A stretch of DNA of 20,000 bases from Patellaria atrata CBS 101060 (Eukaryota): assembly GCA_010093705.1 (NCBI GenBank), contig MU006105.1:465590-485589 (forward strand), read 5' to 3'. Shown piece after piece: positions 1-10,235 of this stretch. A model generated the notes under the pieces. The model was not told the DNA's origin and ran no database searches. It saw only the letters and a program-made list of their open reading frames with translations. Both the position numbers and the translations under genes were made by a program. Numbering within the stretch: position 1 is the stretch's first letter; the number at the start of each line of letters is the position of its first letter.

Positions 1-108
1 TATCACGACCAGAAGAAGAGGGTGAAATCCTCATTTCCGCACATTCCTATGTCACAACGTGTGGTGGAGAACAATTACAAGAAAAATACAAAGTTTGATG
101 CGACGTTA

Positions 109-369
109 CACAACATATCCAATATGAAATGATCCAATTTCGTGATCTTTGCTCAAACGAGTACCTTCAACGGCCGAGTGTGTTGCTGCGGCTGAAGTTT
201 TCATGCTCTTTCTTTGGCGCGAACGAACTGTTCCTTGGATTCCACAACACATCTAATATGAAACGAACCAATTTCGTGATCAAATCTCATTCGAATACCT
301 TCAACGGTCGAGTGTGTTGCTGCGGCTGAAATTTCCATGCTCTTTTGGCGCAAACGAACTGTCCCTTGG
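109..369. repeat. Diverged tandem duplication, 2 copies, 134-bp period
   Basis: Copy 1 (109-238) and copy 2 (243-369) align by eye with about 16 substitutions and one 3-nt gap. Shared blocks include CCAATTTCGTGATC, TACCTTCAACGG, CGAGTGTGTTGCTGCGGCTGAA and AACGAACTGT. Confidence 0.92.
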
Positions 370-2035
370 CCTCTTGCCCAGAATAACATGACCCTTCTTT
401 TTGATCTTTAAAAAAAGACTGGAATACATGTTCGTATACGAGACTCGATATTTCGAGAGGGCAGTATAGAGGAAGGCAATGGTAACCTTCTCTAACGCTG
501 CTCAATTTCGCCGTGTATATCGTCAAGGGTACACTCTTATCCTCGAGATGAGGAAGACGATTTTTTTCTGAAGTTGTATAGGGAAACCCAAAGGAATAAC
601 ACGACTGCGCTAAAATATGTTCGGTGTATATTACCAGAAGTGTGGCACGGCGGAGAGTGATAACGATTCTCTCGCAACTGCTACATTTGCAAGAGTAAGA
701 GTGTGCTAAACTATGTCTGGTGTACTATATCCTGGATTTCTTGAAATCGGAAAATGAACACGTCTATGTATGCTCTTGATTCTCCAAGCACTTTATTAAA
801 CTTGCTCGGTTTTACCCTCCTGGTTTTCGGTGGGTTTAGATAGTCGCTGTCTTCGGCAGAGCTAACAGGGCCGCCGACAGAACTGGCGGCACACATTTGA
901 TTTGAATCTATTAGCACAGTCCAGGATGCATTCACTCAGAAGAGTGCCTAGTCGTCGTTGTTGTGCAGAAAGTCTTGCGAGTTTCTCCTAACTATCTCCC
1001 TTCTAGTGGACGATGTCCGGGCAAGTCATTCCTAGAATTGGACTCCATGATCTCCGCGATAATGAAATCGCATCTGCGGCACTTATTGATATTTGAATGT
1101 CGACACCAGTTTGCGTCGTTCGATACATGTTAGTTTTTGACTACGAGTGAACGATTTTGGGTGGTCAAACCGTCCTTCTCAGTCAAGTCTAGGTCAACGT
1201 GCGGAGGCCATAGACAGAGTATGGTTGACGTGACGACAAATCTGGGCCTTCTACTGCTGTCTGTAGAGACGGTTGAGACATACTTCTACTTGCCGTATGT
1301 GAATGGAAGTGCTTTGAATGTATTCCGTGGGGATATTGATCCCAGGGAAGGTTTCTTCTTGAAAGAGGTCTTGACTTCATTTTCGATGCTATGATTCTTT
1401 TACTTTCTTCGCCATCTTTTGTCAACACTCGGGTTCCGATCAAACAGTTATTTTCTGTAGTGCAGGAGTTCGAATGTTGCTTCTTCTTTTTTCTTTCTCT
1501 AATCTCTCCAGCGAGTTGCTTGTGGTGCTCAACATTTCGAAGAATCGGGTGGGTGAGAAGACGCGTGGAAGACGAGAGGAATGAAAGAAGCTGAAGCAAT
1601 TGGCTTGCTGTAGACTCGAAGAAGGACTTGAAAGGGTTTCGGTACGGAGAGCTTATTGTCGCATGCTGTTCATTGTAGCGTAGGAAGAGAATTGCGTTGA
1701 ATTGCCCGGGATCGTATGAGACACATCGATCCACGTTATATTGTGAAACGAAATTGACAGAGAAAGCCAGTAGGGGATAGTAGCAGCATCGGAAAACATT
1801 AGCCAATCAAATTCTGGAGCCATTGGTGAAATACGCTCGTGGATGGAAGTTTGTATAGAACATCAGGTTCGCCGGTCTGTGGAAACAAGACGACATTCCT
1901 CAGATGATTGAGTTCGGGTTTATTGGTTAGCCGAACAAAGGGATCTTATGTTAGCTTCACATCGACCAAAATTGACCTTGGGATTAAGTTTCTTCCGGTT
2001 CTGGGACCGCTGGATGATTGGGAGACTCCACAGCA

Positions 2036-2374
2036 ATGAGAGGCCTTAAAGGATCAAGAAAATTAGGCATAATGAACATGTCCTGGAAGAATCTGAGCGT
2101 CATTCTCGACGGATATGTCGCCGACTTCTTTAGTGACTTGGCCCTGAATATGGAAGGCCTCCCTTCGGATTGGTTGAGCACTGAGCTCAAGTAAAAGGAG
2201 TTAGTCGAGAAAGATTTAGAAAGACTGAAGGCTGTCGTTAATCCCCAACTTGAGAAAAAAGAATGAGAGTCAAGAATATGCTCCAAGTTGGAAATGACGA
2301 TGAGGTTACATCGAAGATAATCTCGCAAGAAAGAGGCCCTGAGACTCCATATGTTTGTATGGTCCATTTGTTAA
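2036..2374 (+). pseudogene. Possible decayed hypothetical-protein coding relic
   Basis: One frame reads protein-like (MRGLKGSRKLGIMNMSWKNLSVILDGYVADFFSDLALNMEGLPSDWLSTELK*KELVEKDLERLKAVVNPQLEKKE*...) with isolated stops at 2192, 2264 and 2318. Listed minus ORF 1984..2367 is its antisense shadow or the alternative reading. No family recognised. Confidence 0.22.
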
Positions 2375-2879
2375 ATAAATAGTTCGATAAATCGGTTCGG
2401 TGCATGCTTCCTTAATTTTCTAGGTGACTGGCTTGACAAAAAGCCAGTTGACGCCGGAATCTCAAACAAGGTCGCGGCTGTAGCCTAGACGCAATGTAAG
2501 GATATGTCTGAAGTTTGAAGATGATCACATGCAGAGCGATGGAGTGGAGCTTCGTAAGTTTTAAAGCCTTTGTGTGGTCTGATGCAACGTCTTGACTGGC
2601 TCTTCTTCGATTCTTACTGCCTAATTTGAGTTAACTACCATGAGAAGTGATAGGTTAGTGGGACGTCTTAAATGTGTACCACTCTGGAGATGCCTGGCTA
2701 ATATTGTCCTGATTTGATGAAGTACAGGAGTGAGGATGACTCCTGGCTTTTGGGATTCTGCTAGTTATGAGAGGCCTTTAAGTGGAAGAGTACCATCTGT
2801 AGACTCGACGTCGAGAATCCGCTTCTCGGTGGAAAAGGGGAAACAAATGAATCATATATTAGACACAACGAGGCGGATT

Positions 2880-3124
2880 GATGAATGACCTAAGGTGACC
2901 ATCGTCCAAAGGAAGTGCGGAGTGAGCTGAAGGGATCTATTTGTGTCTGAGCATCATATTTGCTGTTTCTGCAATAGCTAAAGGACGTCTGTATTGTATG
3001 ACGTGGTGAACAACCGGTCGACAGCGAAGTCGCCTTCCAGGAGCGTTTTTGAGCCACTTGATCATCCTCAGTGTCTCGCAAGTTTGAGTAACAATGGTCT
3101 TTTTGTTCGTGGCAGAAGCTGCAT
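2880..3124 (-). pseudogene. Frameshifted F-box-like gene relic with upstream 5' intron
   Basis: Minus-strand intron 3222..3172 (GTAAGT...TACTAAA...CAG), then a good-context ATG at 3124 (CAATCATG). Fragments across a frameshift read PLLLKL / ETLRMIKWL, resembling the fungal F-box start LLxLPxExLxxI. Multiple stops follow. Confidence 0.28.
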
Positions 3125-4235
3125 GATTGAATGAATGTCTGATGGAAATATGAATGATAACTCAATAGCCCCTGATGAAGTAATTTTAGTAAATAAAAGC
3201 ATAAAAAATAGAAAATACTTACAGTTTGTTCTTATTGGAAGAAAGAAGAAGTGTTGAGGTGAAAAATATTGTTTTTGGAGAAGACACGGTCATGACGGGT
3301 GCCTAATAATTGTACCAATGCGTCCAGTGGATTCCCTGTTTGAGTGTTTATTTGGGTCACTTCAGGCGGAAGGAGGCGTATTACGCGTCCAGAATCGTCA
3401 GTTGCAGTAGATGTCCCCTCGAAAGTAGAAAGGAGAGGTTGGGTGCTGCAACAGGAGAGGCTATCAAGGAGGCAGTGCCAGCTCTGTGAAGTATTGCTTT
3501 TGCCTTGGAGAAGGCATACAAGGTCGAAAACACTAGTCTAAAGGTGACATCAACGTGTTTGTGTGGAAATAGGCTGTGGAAAACCTAGATGAGCGCGAAA
3601 CGATCTGGTGAAAGGAGGTCAACCCCTGAGAGAGAGAGAACGAGACACGCTGCTAGAATGGGTAAGGTAGCAGAGATGATGTTCTTTTCCGAAAAGAATA
3701 ACAGAGAAGCTGAAGATGTTGCGACGCCAGTGTTTAGATGAATCTTGGAGAGAAAATGGAAGAGCGGTCTGTTGTGCGAAAGGTTTCTTGGCAATAACGG
3801 GGTGACGGATACGGTAATCAGCTAAGTGAAGGGCTACAAACAGGAAGGAGTAAGAAAATACAGACAAGGATCGCCCCGTAAGTGGGCAGTATACTTGAAA
3901 GTGTGAATACAGCTTAGTGATTCAATGACCTTCATATGATATCTCCTTGATGGCCATCGCGGCGGTCCTTGCTCTTGCTATACACCTACCAGCTCACCGT
4001 TCAGCTTAGAGAATAGATAGTTCCCTTGGATTAATACAGTTTGTACATCTTGATAGCTTTGTAGGCCAGTAGTCCAGTCCTTACGTATAACGGAGGCGGA
4101 GGCCGTTTCTTTGGCCACGGGCACAGGACGCCGTAAACCAACAGTGCTATCGACAACACGCAGGATAATCTACTACGGCGGTGAGGTATAGAAGAACAGT
4201 ACGCTCAGTACCTCGATATTGCTACTCAAACCCCT

Positions 4236-5708
4236 CTAAACCCTCAACACCACCCTAAACGCCTTCCACACCCACCGGAACGGCCACACCGCCTTCAATA
4301 CCGCACCTACGACAGCATCGATTATATGCCACACGAAAATGATCACATACAGCGCCACACCGAGTTTCAGAACCAACAACACCACCTCCCACAAATCCTC
4401 TGTACCCGTGCCTAGCTCTACAGCTGTAGACGTACATACCGGTCTCGGGCCCGCCAACGTTGTCTGAGGATGGATTACCACGTTAGCAGCATCTTTCCTC
4501 GACTTCCTAGACCCTCTAAGCCTCAATCGCCGCGAGCTAAGGGACCGTGGCAATATCGGAGAAGAAGGCGGTGTATTATTACAAGGAGAAGTGGTCCGAT
4601 CATAATTTGACGAAGAGCTGGCGACCACAACTGGTGCACCAGTCGTAGGAGCTTGCGTGTAAAAGAGTCTCTTGGCTGAAAAACTGGATGGTGTTACCTT
4701 CTGCCAAGTAGTAATTCTTTCGCTGTTTAGTTGAGACCTGTGATTCAGCTGACTTGAACCGTGTGCAAATATAGGTGACAATTCATCTCCCTTCCTCCCA
4801 TCCTTAGCGGTCTTGATTGGCGCAGGCGAACTCACAATTCTTCGAGGACTCGGCGGTGAACCAACAGGCTTACGAGAGATTTCTTTTATAGAAGTTGAAG
4901 TAGAAGAGGGTAAAGGGAAAACGGGCCTCAGACACATTGGGGGTGCCTGAGATGTCGCGTCTAGCTCTATACACTCGAAGGTATCGGTCAAAAGATCAGG
5001 ACTGAAGGCTCCTGGGGTTGGGCGGTGAGGAGAAGAATTGCGAATGACAGGCCTTGGGTTTTCTTTGTGACGGATACATCGAGTTTCGCCCTTATATTGG
5101 TCGTGGGCTCTGGTCCTAGTGCTTTCGTGTCGCTCAGGATCCAAACAAGGGGTTTCAATAGCAAAACGGTCTGAAACAAAATTATTATGCTCCCCGTCTG
5201 AGGCGGAACTGTTTGAATGAGAAGATGTTGTAGATATACTAGTCGGTGGAGTAGAGTCCACTTTCCACCAACCTCTCTTATCACAACGCCAGCGTGTATG
5301 AGGTGCCTTCCTAGAATCGTGGCCGCGCCGCCGGGAAGCCGGGATATTGACGTTTAGTGATCCTGAATACCAAGGCGAATAGAGCTCCAGGGCCTCTCCA
5401 GGGGAGACGGGAGTACGTCCAGACATCAGGGAAGTTGTGCTAGGGGTGACCAGGCCAGTCCGGGGATTTGCAGCGCGCACTGTAAGATAGTCCCCGGTCT
5501 GTCGCATTCGCAAACTCGACTGTTCGTGCAATGGGTGAACGTAAGGCTCCAATTTGATGGGGGATAAAGAGCGATTCGACGACGGGGATTGTATGCTACT
5601 GTAACGATGTATCCTCTTTCGAACCCATCCACGAAGCGAGTTGTTTCTTACAATATTACGAGGTCGACGACCCAGGGAATGAGAGGGAGAATTAGAGCCA
5701 GTGGCCAT
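4236..5708 (-). CDS. Uncharacterised 490-aa Ser/Pro/Arg-rich, largely disordered protein with C-terminal hydrophobic (membrane) segment
   Basis: Uninterrupted 1473-nt ORF of low-complexity S/P/R composition. Ordered-looking motif DYLTVRAANPRTGLVTPS (5492-5439). The last ~50 aa are hydrophobic/amphipathic (LWEVVLLVLKLGVALYVIIFVWHIIDAVVGAVLKAVWPFRWVWKAF). Start may be preceded by a 5' intron. Confidence 0.8.
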   Translation of the reverse strand: MATGSNSPSHSLGRRPRNIVRNNSLRGWVRKRIHRYSSIQSPSSNRSLSPIKLEPYVHPLHEQSSLRMRQTGDYLTVRAANPRTGLVTPSTTSLMSGRTPVSPGEALELYSPWYSGSLNVNIPASRRRGHDSRKAPHTRWRCDKRGWWKVDSTPPTSISTTSSHSNSSASDGEHNNFVSDRFAIETPCLDPERHESTRTRAHDQYKGETRCIRHKENPRPVIRNSSPHRPTPGAFSPDLLTDTFECIELDATSQAPPMCLRPVFPLPSSTSTSIKEISRKPVGSPPSPRRIVSSPAPIKTAKDGRKGDELSPIFAHGSSQLNHRSQLNSERITTWQKVTPSSFSAKRLFYTQAPTTGAPVVVASSSSNYDRTTSPCNNTPPSSPILPRSLSSRRLRLRGSRKSRKDAANVVIHPQTTLAGPRPVCTSTAVELGTGTEDLWEVVLLVLKLGVALYVIIFVWHIIDAVVGAVLKAVWPFRWVWKAFRVVLRV

Positions 5709-6042
5709 TCTTACAAAAAGAATGTATGGAAGAAATTTACGATGAGACTAATATTGATAACTTGGGTATCAAATAAACAAATACCTCTTCCTGGAGAAGT
5801 TCGTTGCTGGTTCACGCCTGGAATGCTCCTGTTCCCACTCGCGCCTCCCTTGCTTTAATGCCCAATAAAAATACTAAAACTCTTGAATACCCAGAAACTT
5901 TATGTCCTTAATGATTAGGTTCATCCACATTGTTAGCCTCGTCATGAAATTGAGCAAATCCGTTGTGCAACCATATATCCGTTTTCGGAAGCAGAATGAT
6001 CAAAATCCAGAACCGTTTTCAAACACCACCTGTATTGAACTT

Positions 6043-7411
6043 TCAACGTCCACTGGGTATACCATCCCTAGTCCAACCTTTATTTCTCATGCTCTCCTCA
6101 ACTGCACTCCAGATTAGTTCCACAACTTCCCTGTCTCTCCACCGGCCATTAGGACCCTGATGCGGATTCCACTTATCAACCTGCTGGCTGACTACTCCCC
6201 TGCCCCATCCTCTAACCGTGCTCGGTACATCTTCTCCACGCCATCCTAGATAGATGCCTAAAGCGTGACTGAAAAGTTCCGGAGCTTGGGTCCATTTGTA
6301 AGACTTAAATTGCCATGTCTGACCGGTAGTAAACACAGCAACGACTCGTTGCCAATAATCGGGCTTGAACTGATCTGAAGAATCGACTAAAACAAAACGC
6401 ATAGGACGTGAAGGATCTATAGATGGTAAGATTCGGGATATATGGAGAATATTAGCGGTATTGCTGCTTCCTGCCAATGCTGAATCCGGAGGGATGTAGA
6501 CACCGTTGTCTAGAAAGGATTTGATGTTACTCATACGGAGGAGAGAAGATGCTGAAGGCGAGAGAAGGATAATAGGTTCTGGTCGACGGCCTGGTTTCTT
6601 TAGATTCGAGACCAAGGCCGGATTACTTGAGAGCGGAGCTGAAGGAGCAGGACCAGCTCGCGCACGAGTATGGCCTAAGAAGGCTGCAGCATTCTTTCGA
6701 ATGTGAGAAAAATCCTATTAGAGTGATTAGTAGCTCTAACAAGGATAGACAATACATTGACCAGTGGAGCAGAAAGGGACGTACCGTAGGTTTAATTCCC
6801 CTAAGGATGCTGTTTCTGTCGCCCACCTTTCTCTCACCATTGTAGATCTCTTGTAATCTGGGATCTATGGATTTGCCGACTTTCGATCCTGCTGCTCCAC
6901 TCGGTATGGTGGATATACCACCGGCAGAACCGGAAGCCACATCAGCTGCGCCTGACGCCTGCGCCGACGCTTCTTCAGAAGCCAGAGCGGTTATATACTC
7001 GCTTTCGTCTGATGCACCTTCTAGCCAGGTTATCAAGTCTAACTTTTCAACAAAGACAATATTCTGGACTTTCCCGCCTGCATTTCCTGGCGCTGCCAGC
7101 TCTTCATTCAGTCTTTGTGTCGACGCGATGTAATCTGGAATCGCGACATCTTTCTTCTGCCAGGCTAGATATATGCTGCGAAAATCAACTGGATTTCCGG
7201 ATGATATGAAGCGAGTAGGCAAATTGAGAGGAAACGATCTGTGAGTGCCATTGAGGTTGAAATGGAGATGGGTCGCTTTTGCAAGGTTCGGTTCAAGGTC
7301 ATTTACCGAACTAGGGTCTTCAGAAGATGTAGTTATCGGGTGACTGTTGATAGATATGGCCTGCCGGAGGTTACAGAGGGGATCTGTTTGTGCGGTTTCG
7401 TTTGATGACAT
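6043..7411 (-). CDS. CDC73: RNA polymerase II-associated Paf1 complex subunit Cdc73 (parafibromin homolog); exons 7411-6785 and 6714-6043; 432 aa
   Basis: ORFs 6623..7411 and 6043..6615 join via a 70-nt phase-0 intron 6784..6715 (GTACGT donor, CTAAT branch, TAG acceptor), giving ...RNSILRGIKPT/DFSHIRK.... Cdc73 C-domain hallmarks present: PIILLSPSASSLLRMSNIKSFL, WQRVVAVFTTGQTWQFKSYKW, RWRDREVVE. Confidence 0.96.
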
Positions 7412-7645
7412 CGTTACGGGATGTATGGAGGATTAACTGTCATTCGACGTACAAAGATTTCAGTCGAAGTCTCAGCAAGCTCCAATGCCAAGACTGATTG
7501 TGCGGAAACATTCCGCTAGCCTAATATCAGTTTCAGGCACCGTGCTCTGTAGGTAGGGTATTGATAACAATCGAGGTTAAAGAAAGAAGAAAGAATTAAT
7601 AGGACCATTTAATCAATCTATATACAGGTCGCCATACCCGTTCTC

Positions 7646-9460
7646 TCAGATGATCTCTTTTCCGTATAACTTCTCCCAGCCACTGGCAATCTCAGCGTTA
7701 GAATCAAGTTCCAGAATTTTCCGCCTGCCATGATACACACAAATACCTTTACCTCGAGAGGGATGCTTAGGATTTAGAGGGCATAACGGACTGTTGGGAA
7801 GATGATCCGGAGTATCCCACTCAAATTGCTGGATCACATCTTCATCGATATGATCCTCGTCATCCCCATCCCCCTCATCAACCCGCATCCTAAACCAATC
7901 CTTCGCTGGTAGGGGTTTTGGCATTGATAAAGTTGCTTTGTATTCTGTCATATCTTCAAGTTCTATCGCCGGAGCTTTTTCGACGTAGCGATCTCGTGGA
8001 GGTCCTTGTGGAGTTTGTGGGCGGTCGTCAAAGAAGTACCCGCCTATCTTCCCAGTCTTACGATTGCGTACTAGGGGTGGAGTGTTGACTCTCGTCATTT
8101 CTGGTGGACGGAAGTTAGGACCCACCTTGTTGGTTCTGTTGACGTCTGTTTTAGTACCCCTTTGTTTCTGAGTAAACTGTTCCGGTTTGTGCGTTGTACG
8201 ACGAGACTTCTCGAAAATAGTAGATGGAGGCTCTCTAGAATGAGACAGCGGTGGAGTCATCGGATCCAAAAAGGTAGGTGTGACAGATCGTTTTGTTTGG
8301 GGGGTCAGTTCATCAGTTATATCTGCTGAACCAAACTGAGAGTCATTCGGAGTACTGCTAGATTCCGCTTCACTTGAGTGTGAACCCTGAAAGAACCAAC
8401 GTCTGAAAGATCGCTTCGGTCTTAATTGTCCCAACTCATCATATTCCAACTCACGCCGGGGGCTTTCAGCTCTAACTGAGTGCAAAGATGTCTGACTGTG
8501 GCGGGATGAGCCCCGAGACCTATGCACTAGCTCTCTACTCGCATTTCGAAAGAAGCTCGGTCTTCCTGGGCCTGAGGAGTGAAGAGAACTCACAGAACCT
8601 CTCTTGCGGGAACACCTATGACGATTTGTTGGTTCTCGTTCCACTGGCTCTGACTTCGCGCAAGATGATATACTAGGGCTTGGCGGTGAAGTAGAGTTCT
8701 GATCGGAATCTGGAGCATGATCAAGAGCGAACCTTGTCTGAGGACGGTTTGGCAATGATATGGAAGGTGAAGGCAATGGAGGCGGTTCCCATAGAGCGTG
8801 TTGGGCACTAGTTGAGACTCGTCTCTCCTCGAAGTCATTCACAGGGGTCAAAGGGGTTGTAGGAAAAAGTTCCGTTGTTGCGGTCTCTACCATAGGTGTT
8901 GGTGGAGGTGGAGATATGGGCAATACAGGTTCAACGGACGTGGTTGTCTCCCTTTCAATTTGCATCCTAAGGTTGCGAGAAGGTTGCTGCTCCTTTTCTA
9001 ACATGTGAAATAATCGCAAATCTGGAACACCTCTCACGAGCCGTCGGGCCACAGTACTTATCGATGACGCTCCAGAAGTTCTGTGACTAGCAGCTGAGGA
9101 GCTATCCGAAGTTTGGGTATGGGTCCTTTTGACAGTGCTCCTTTTGAACGATAATGACCTGGAGAAATTTGAGGAGATTGAGCTACTTCGACGATTCAAT
9201 AACTTAGAGGGGAACAATGTAGGGCGTGACAAATTATCATGCGCTTCATTTGACAATGCACTGGAATCCCCATCGTGGTTCGCATCCTGTAGTGCGACTT
9301 GATTCGTGGTTTGACGTCCTGGTGACAATGGTATAGGTGAGATGACCCTATCGTTATGAGTTATCCCTTCACGGGTACTGCGTCCAGAGAGTCCTTGCGA
9401 GGTTCTATGTTGGATTTCGGCTGCGTTTTCGTAGCTTGGTGCTAATGTATCGTACGACAT
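7646..9460 (-). CDS. Uncharacterised 604-aa disordered fungal protein with C-terminal Cys/His motif (PDHLPNSPLCPLNPKH...CVYHGR)
   Basis: Intron-free 1815-nt ORF, S/P/R/T-rich. Short ordered islands PPEMTRVNTPPL and FEWDTPDHLPNSPLCPLNPKHPSRGKGICVYHGRRK; I recall the latter pattern from hypothetical Pezizomycotina proteins (not verified). Confidence 0.85.
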   Translation of the reverse strand: MSYDTLAPSYENAAEIQHRTSQGLSGRSTREGITHNDRVISPIPLSPGRQTTNQVALQDANHDGDSSALSNEAHDNLSRPTLFPSKLLNRRSSSISSNFSRSLSFKRSTVKRTHTQTSDSSSAASHRTSGASSISTVARRLVRGVPDLRLFHMLEKEQQPSRNLRMQIERETTTSVEPVLPISPPPPTPMVETATTELFPTTPLTPVNDFEERRVSTSAQHALWEPPPLPSPSISLPNRPQTRFALDHAPDSDQNSTSPPSPSISSCAKSEPVEREPTNRHRCSRKRGSVSSLHSSGPGRPSFFRNASRELVHRSRGSSRHSQTSLHSVRAESPRRELEYDELGQLRPKRSFRRWFFQGSHSSEAESSSTPNDSQFGSADITDELTPQTKRSVTPTFLDPMTPPLSHSREPPSTIFEKSRRTTHKPEQFTQKQRGTKTDVNRTNKVGPNFRPPEMTRVNTPPLVRNRKTGKIGGYFFDDRPQTPQGPPRDRYVEKAPAIELEDMTEYKATLSMPKPLPAKDWFRMRVDEGDGDDEDHIDEDVIQQFEWDTPDHLPNSPLCPLNPKHPSRGKGICVYHGRRKILELDSNAEIASGWEKLYGKEII

Positions 9461-10235
9461 TCGGGAGCAAACAGGTTTCCTTCAGTGAGGTGTATATGTG
9501 CGGATAGAGTGCGAAAAGGGGCGGAGGGGCTTGAGTCATACTCGGAATAAGGATATTGTCAAAGGGAGCAATGTAAACAAAAGGAATTGTGGATTTAAGT
9601 TATAAGGATGCTTGTAACAAGGTATCCGACACTGGACGGCTCCATGTGGAGGGAAGTTACAGAAGCAAGAGGCAACCCGAATATCGGTTTAAGAAGGCGC
9701 CAAACGGCGTAAGGAAGAGCATACGCCTGATAAAAAAAAATCACGGCTACTTTGTAAAAAAGCGTTCTGAGGTATCCCTTAGGTCCTTGCGCAGCAACAC
9801 ACTTAGATATTATTTCCTAAAATCTCTACTCCCTTCGTAGATAATGACTCAGACTAGACAGATACCCGCAAGTCGTACCAAGGCCTTTTTTGGTACAGGC
9901 CTTAAGGAGATACAGATAGATTTGATCTAACGTTGCGTGCGTAAGTGTACAGCAAGTGTGTAGCAAATGAGTAGGGTCAATCAAGAAGAGGAATGAGGAA
10001 GAGGGCTTGAAAAGGGATTGTGTTGGTCAAGTAATATAAGCGTTTAATTTTCGAAAATTTCCGGAGCTGCGTTTTAGGAAAAGGAGCCCGCAGGAAACTT
10101 CGACGTTAGGTACTATGTATCAAGAGAGCCATCCAGTCGTACCCCATGCAATCATAAATCAACTCGAACTCCAGTGCACAATCCGGCTGTCCAGCATTCT
10201 CCCTAATGTATAGTAAGGAAAAAGTGAATATTATC

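Noticed and set aside
109..369. CRISPR-like array
   Set aside because: Only two long adjacent units, no unique spacers, and eukaryotic context.
1189..1806. 205-aa minus ORF
   Set aside because: Non-ATG start, no recognisable motif or domain, and it lies in a decayed region; probably a chance or shadow ORF.
2428..2448. Short hairpins (ACTGGCTT..AAGCCAGT here; GTACCAA..TTGGTAC at ~9875-9896)
   Set aside because: Stems of 7-8 bp are expected by chance in 20 kb; no MITE-like TSD or size.
6623..6784. C-terminal tail VRPFLLHWSMY... of ORF 6623..7411
   Set aside because: Read-through into the CDC73 intron and then out of frame; not part of the protein.
6506..7209. Plus-strand ORFs overlapping CDC73 (and similar ones within the 490-aa, 604-aa and cdc4 genes)
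   Set aside because: Antisense or alternate-frame shadows of real coding sequence.
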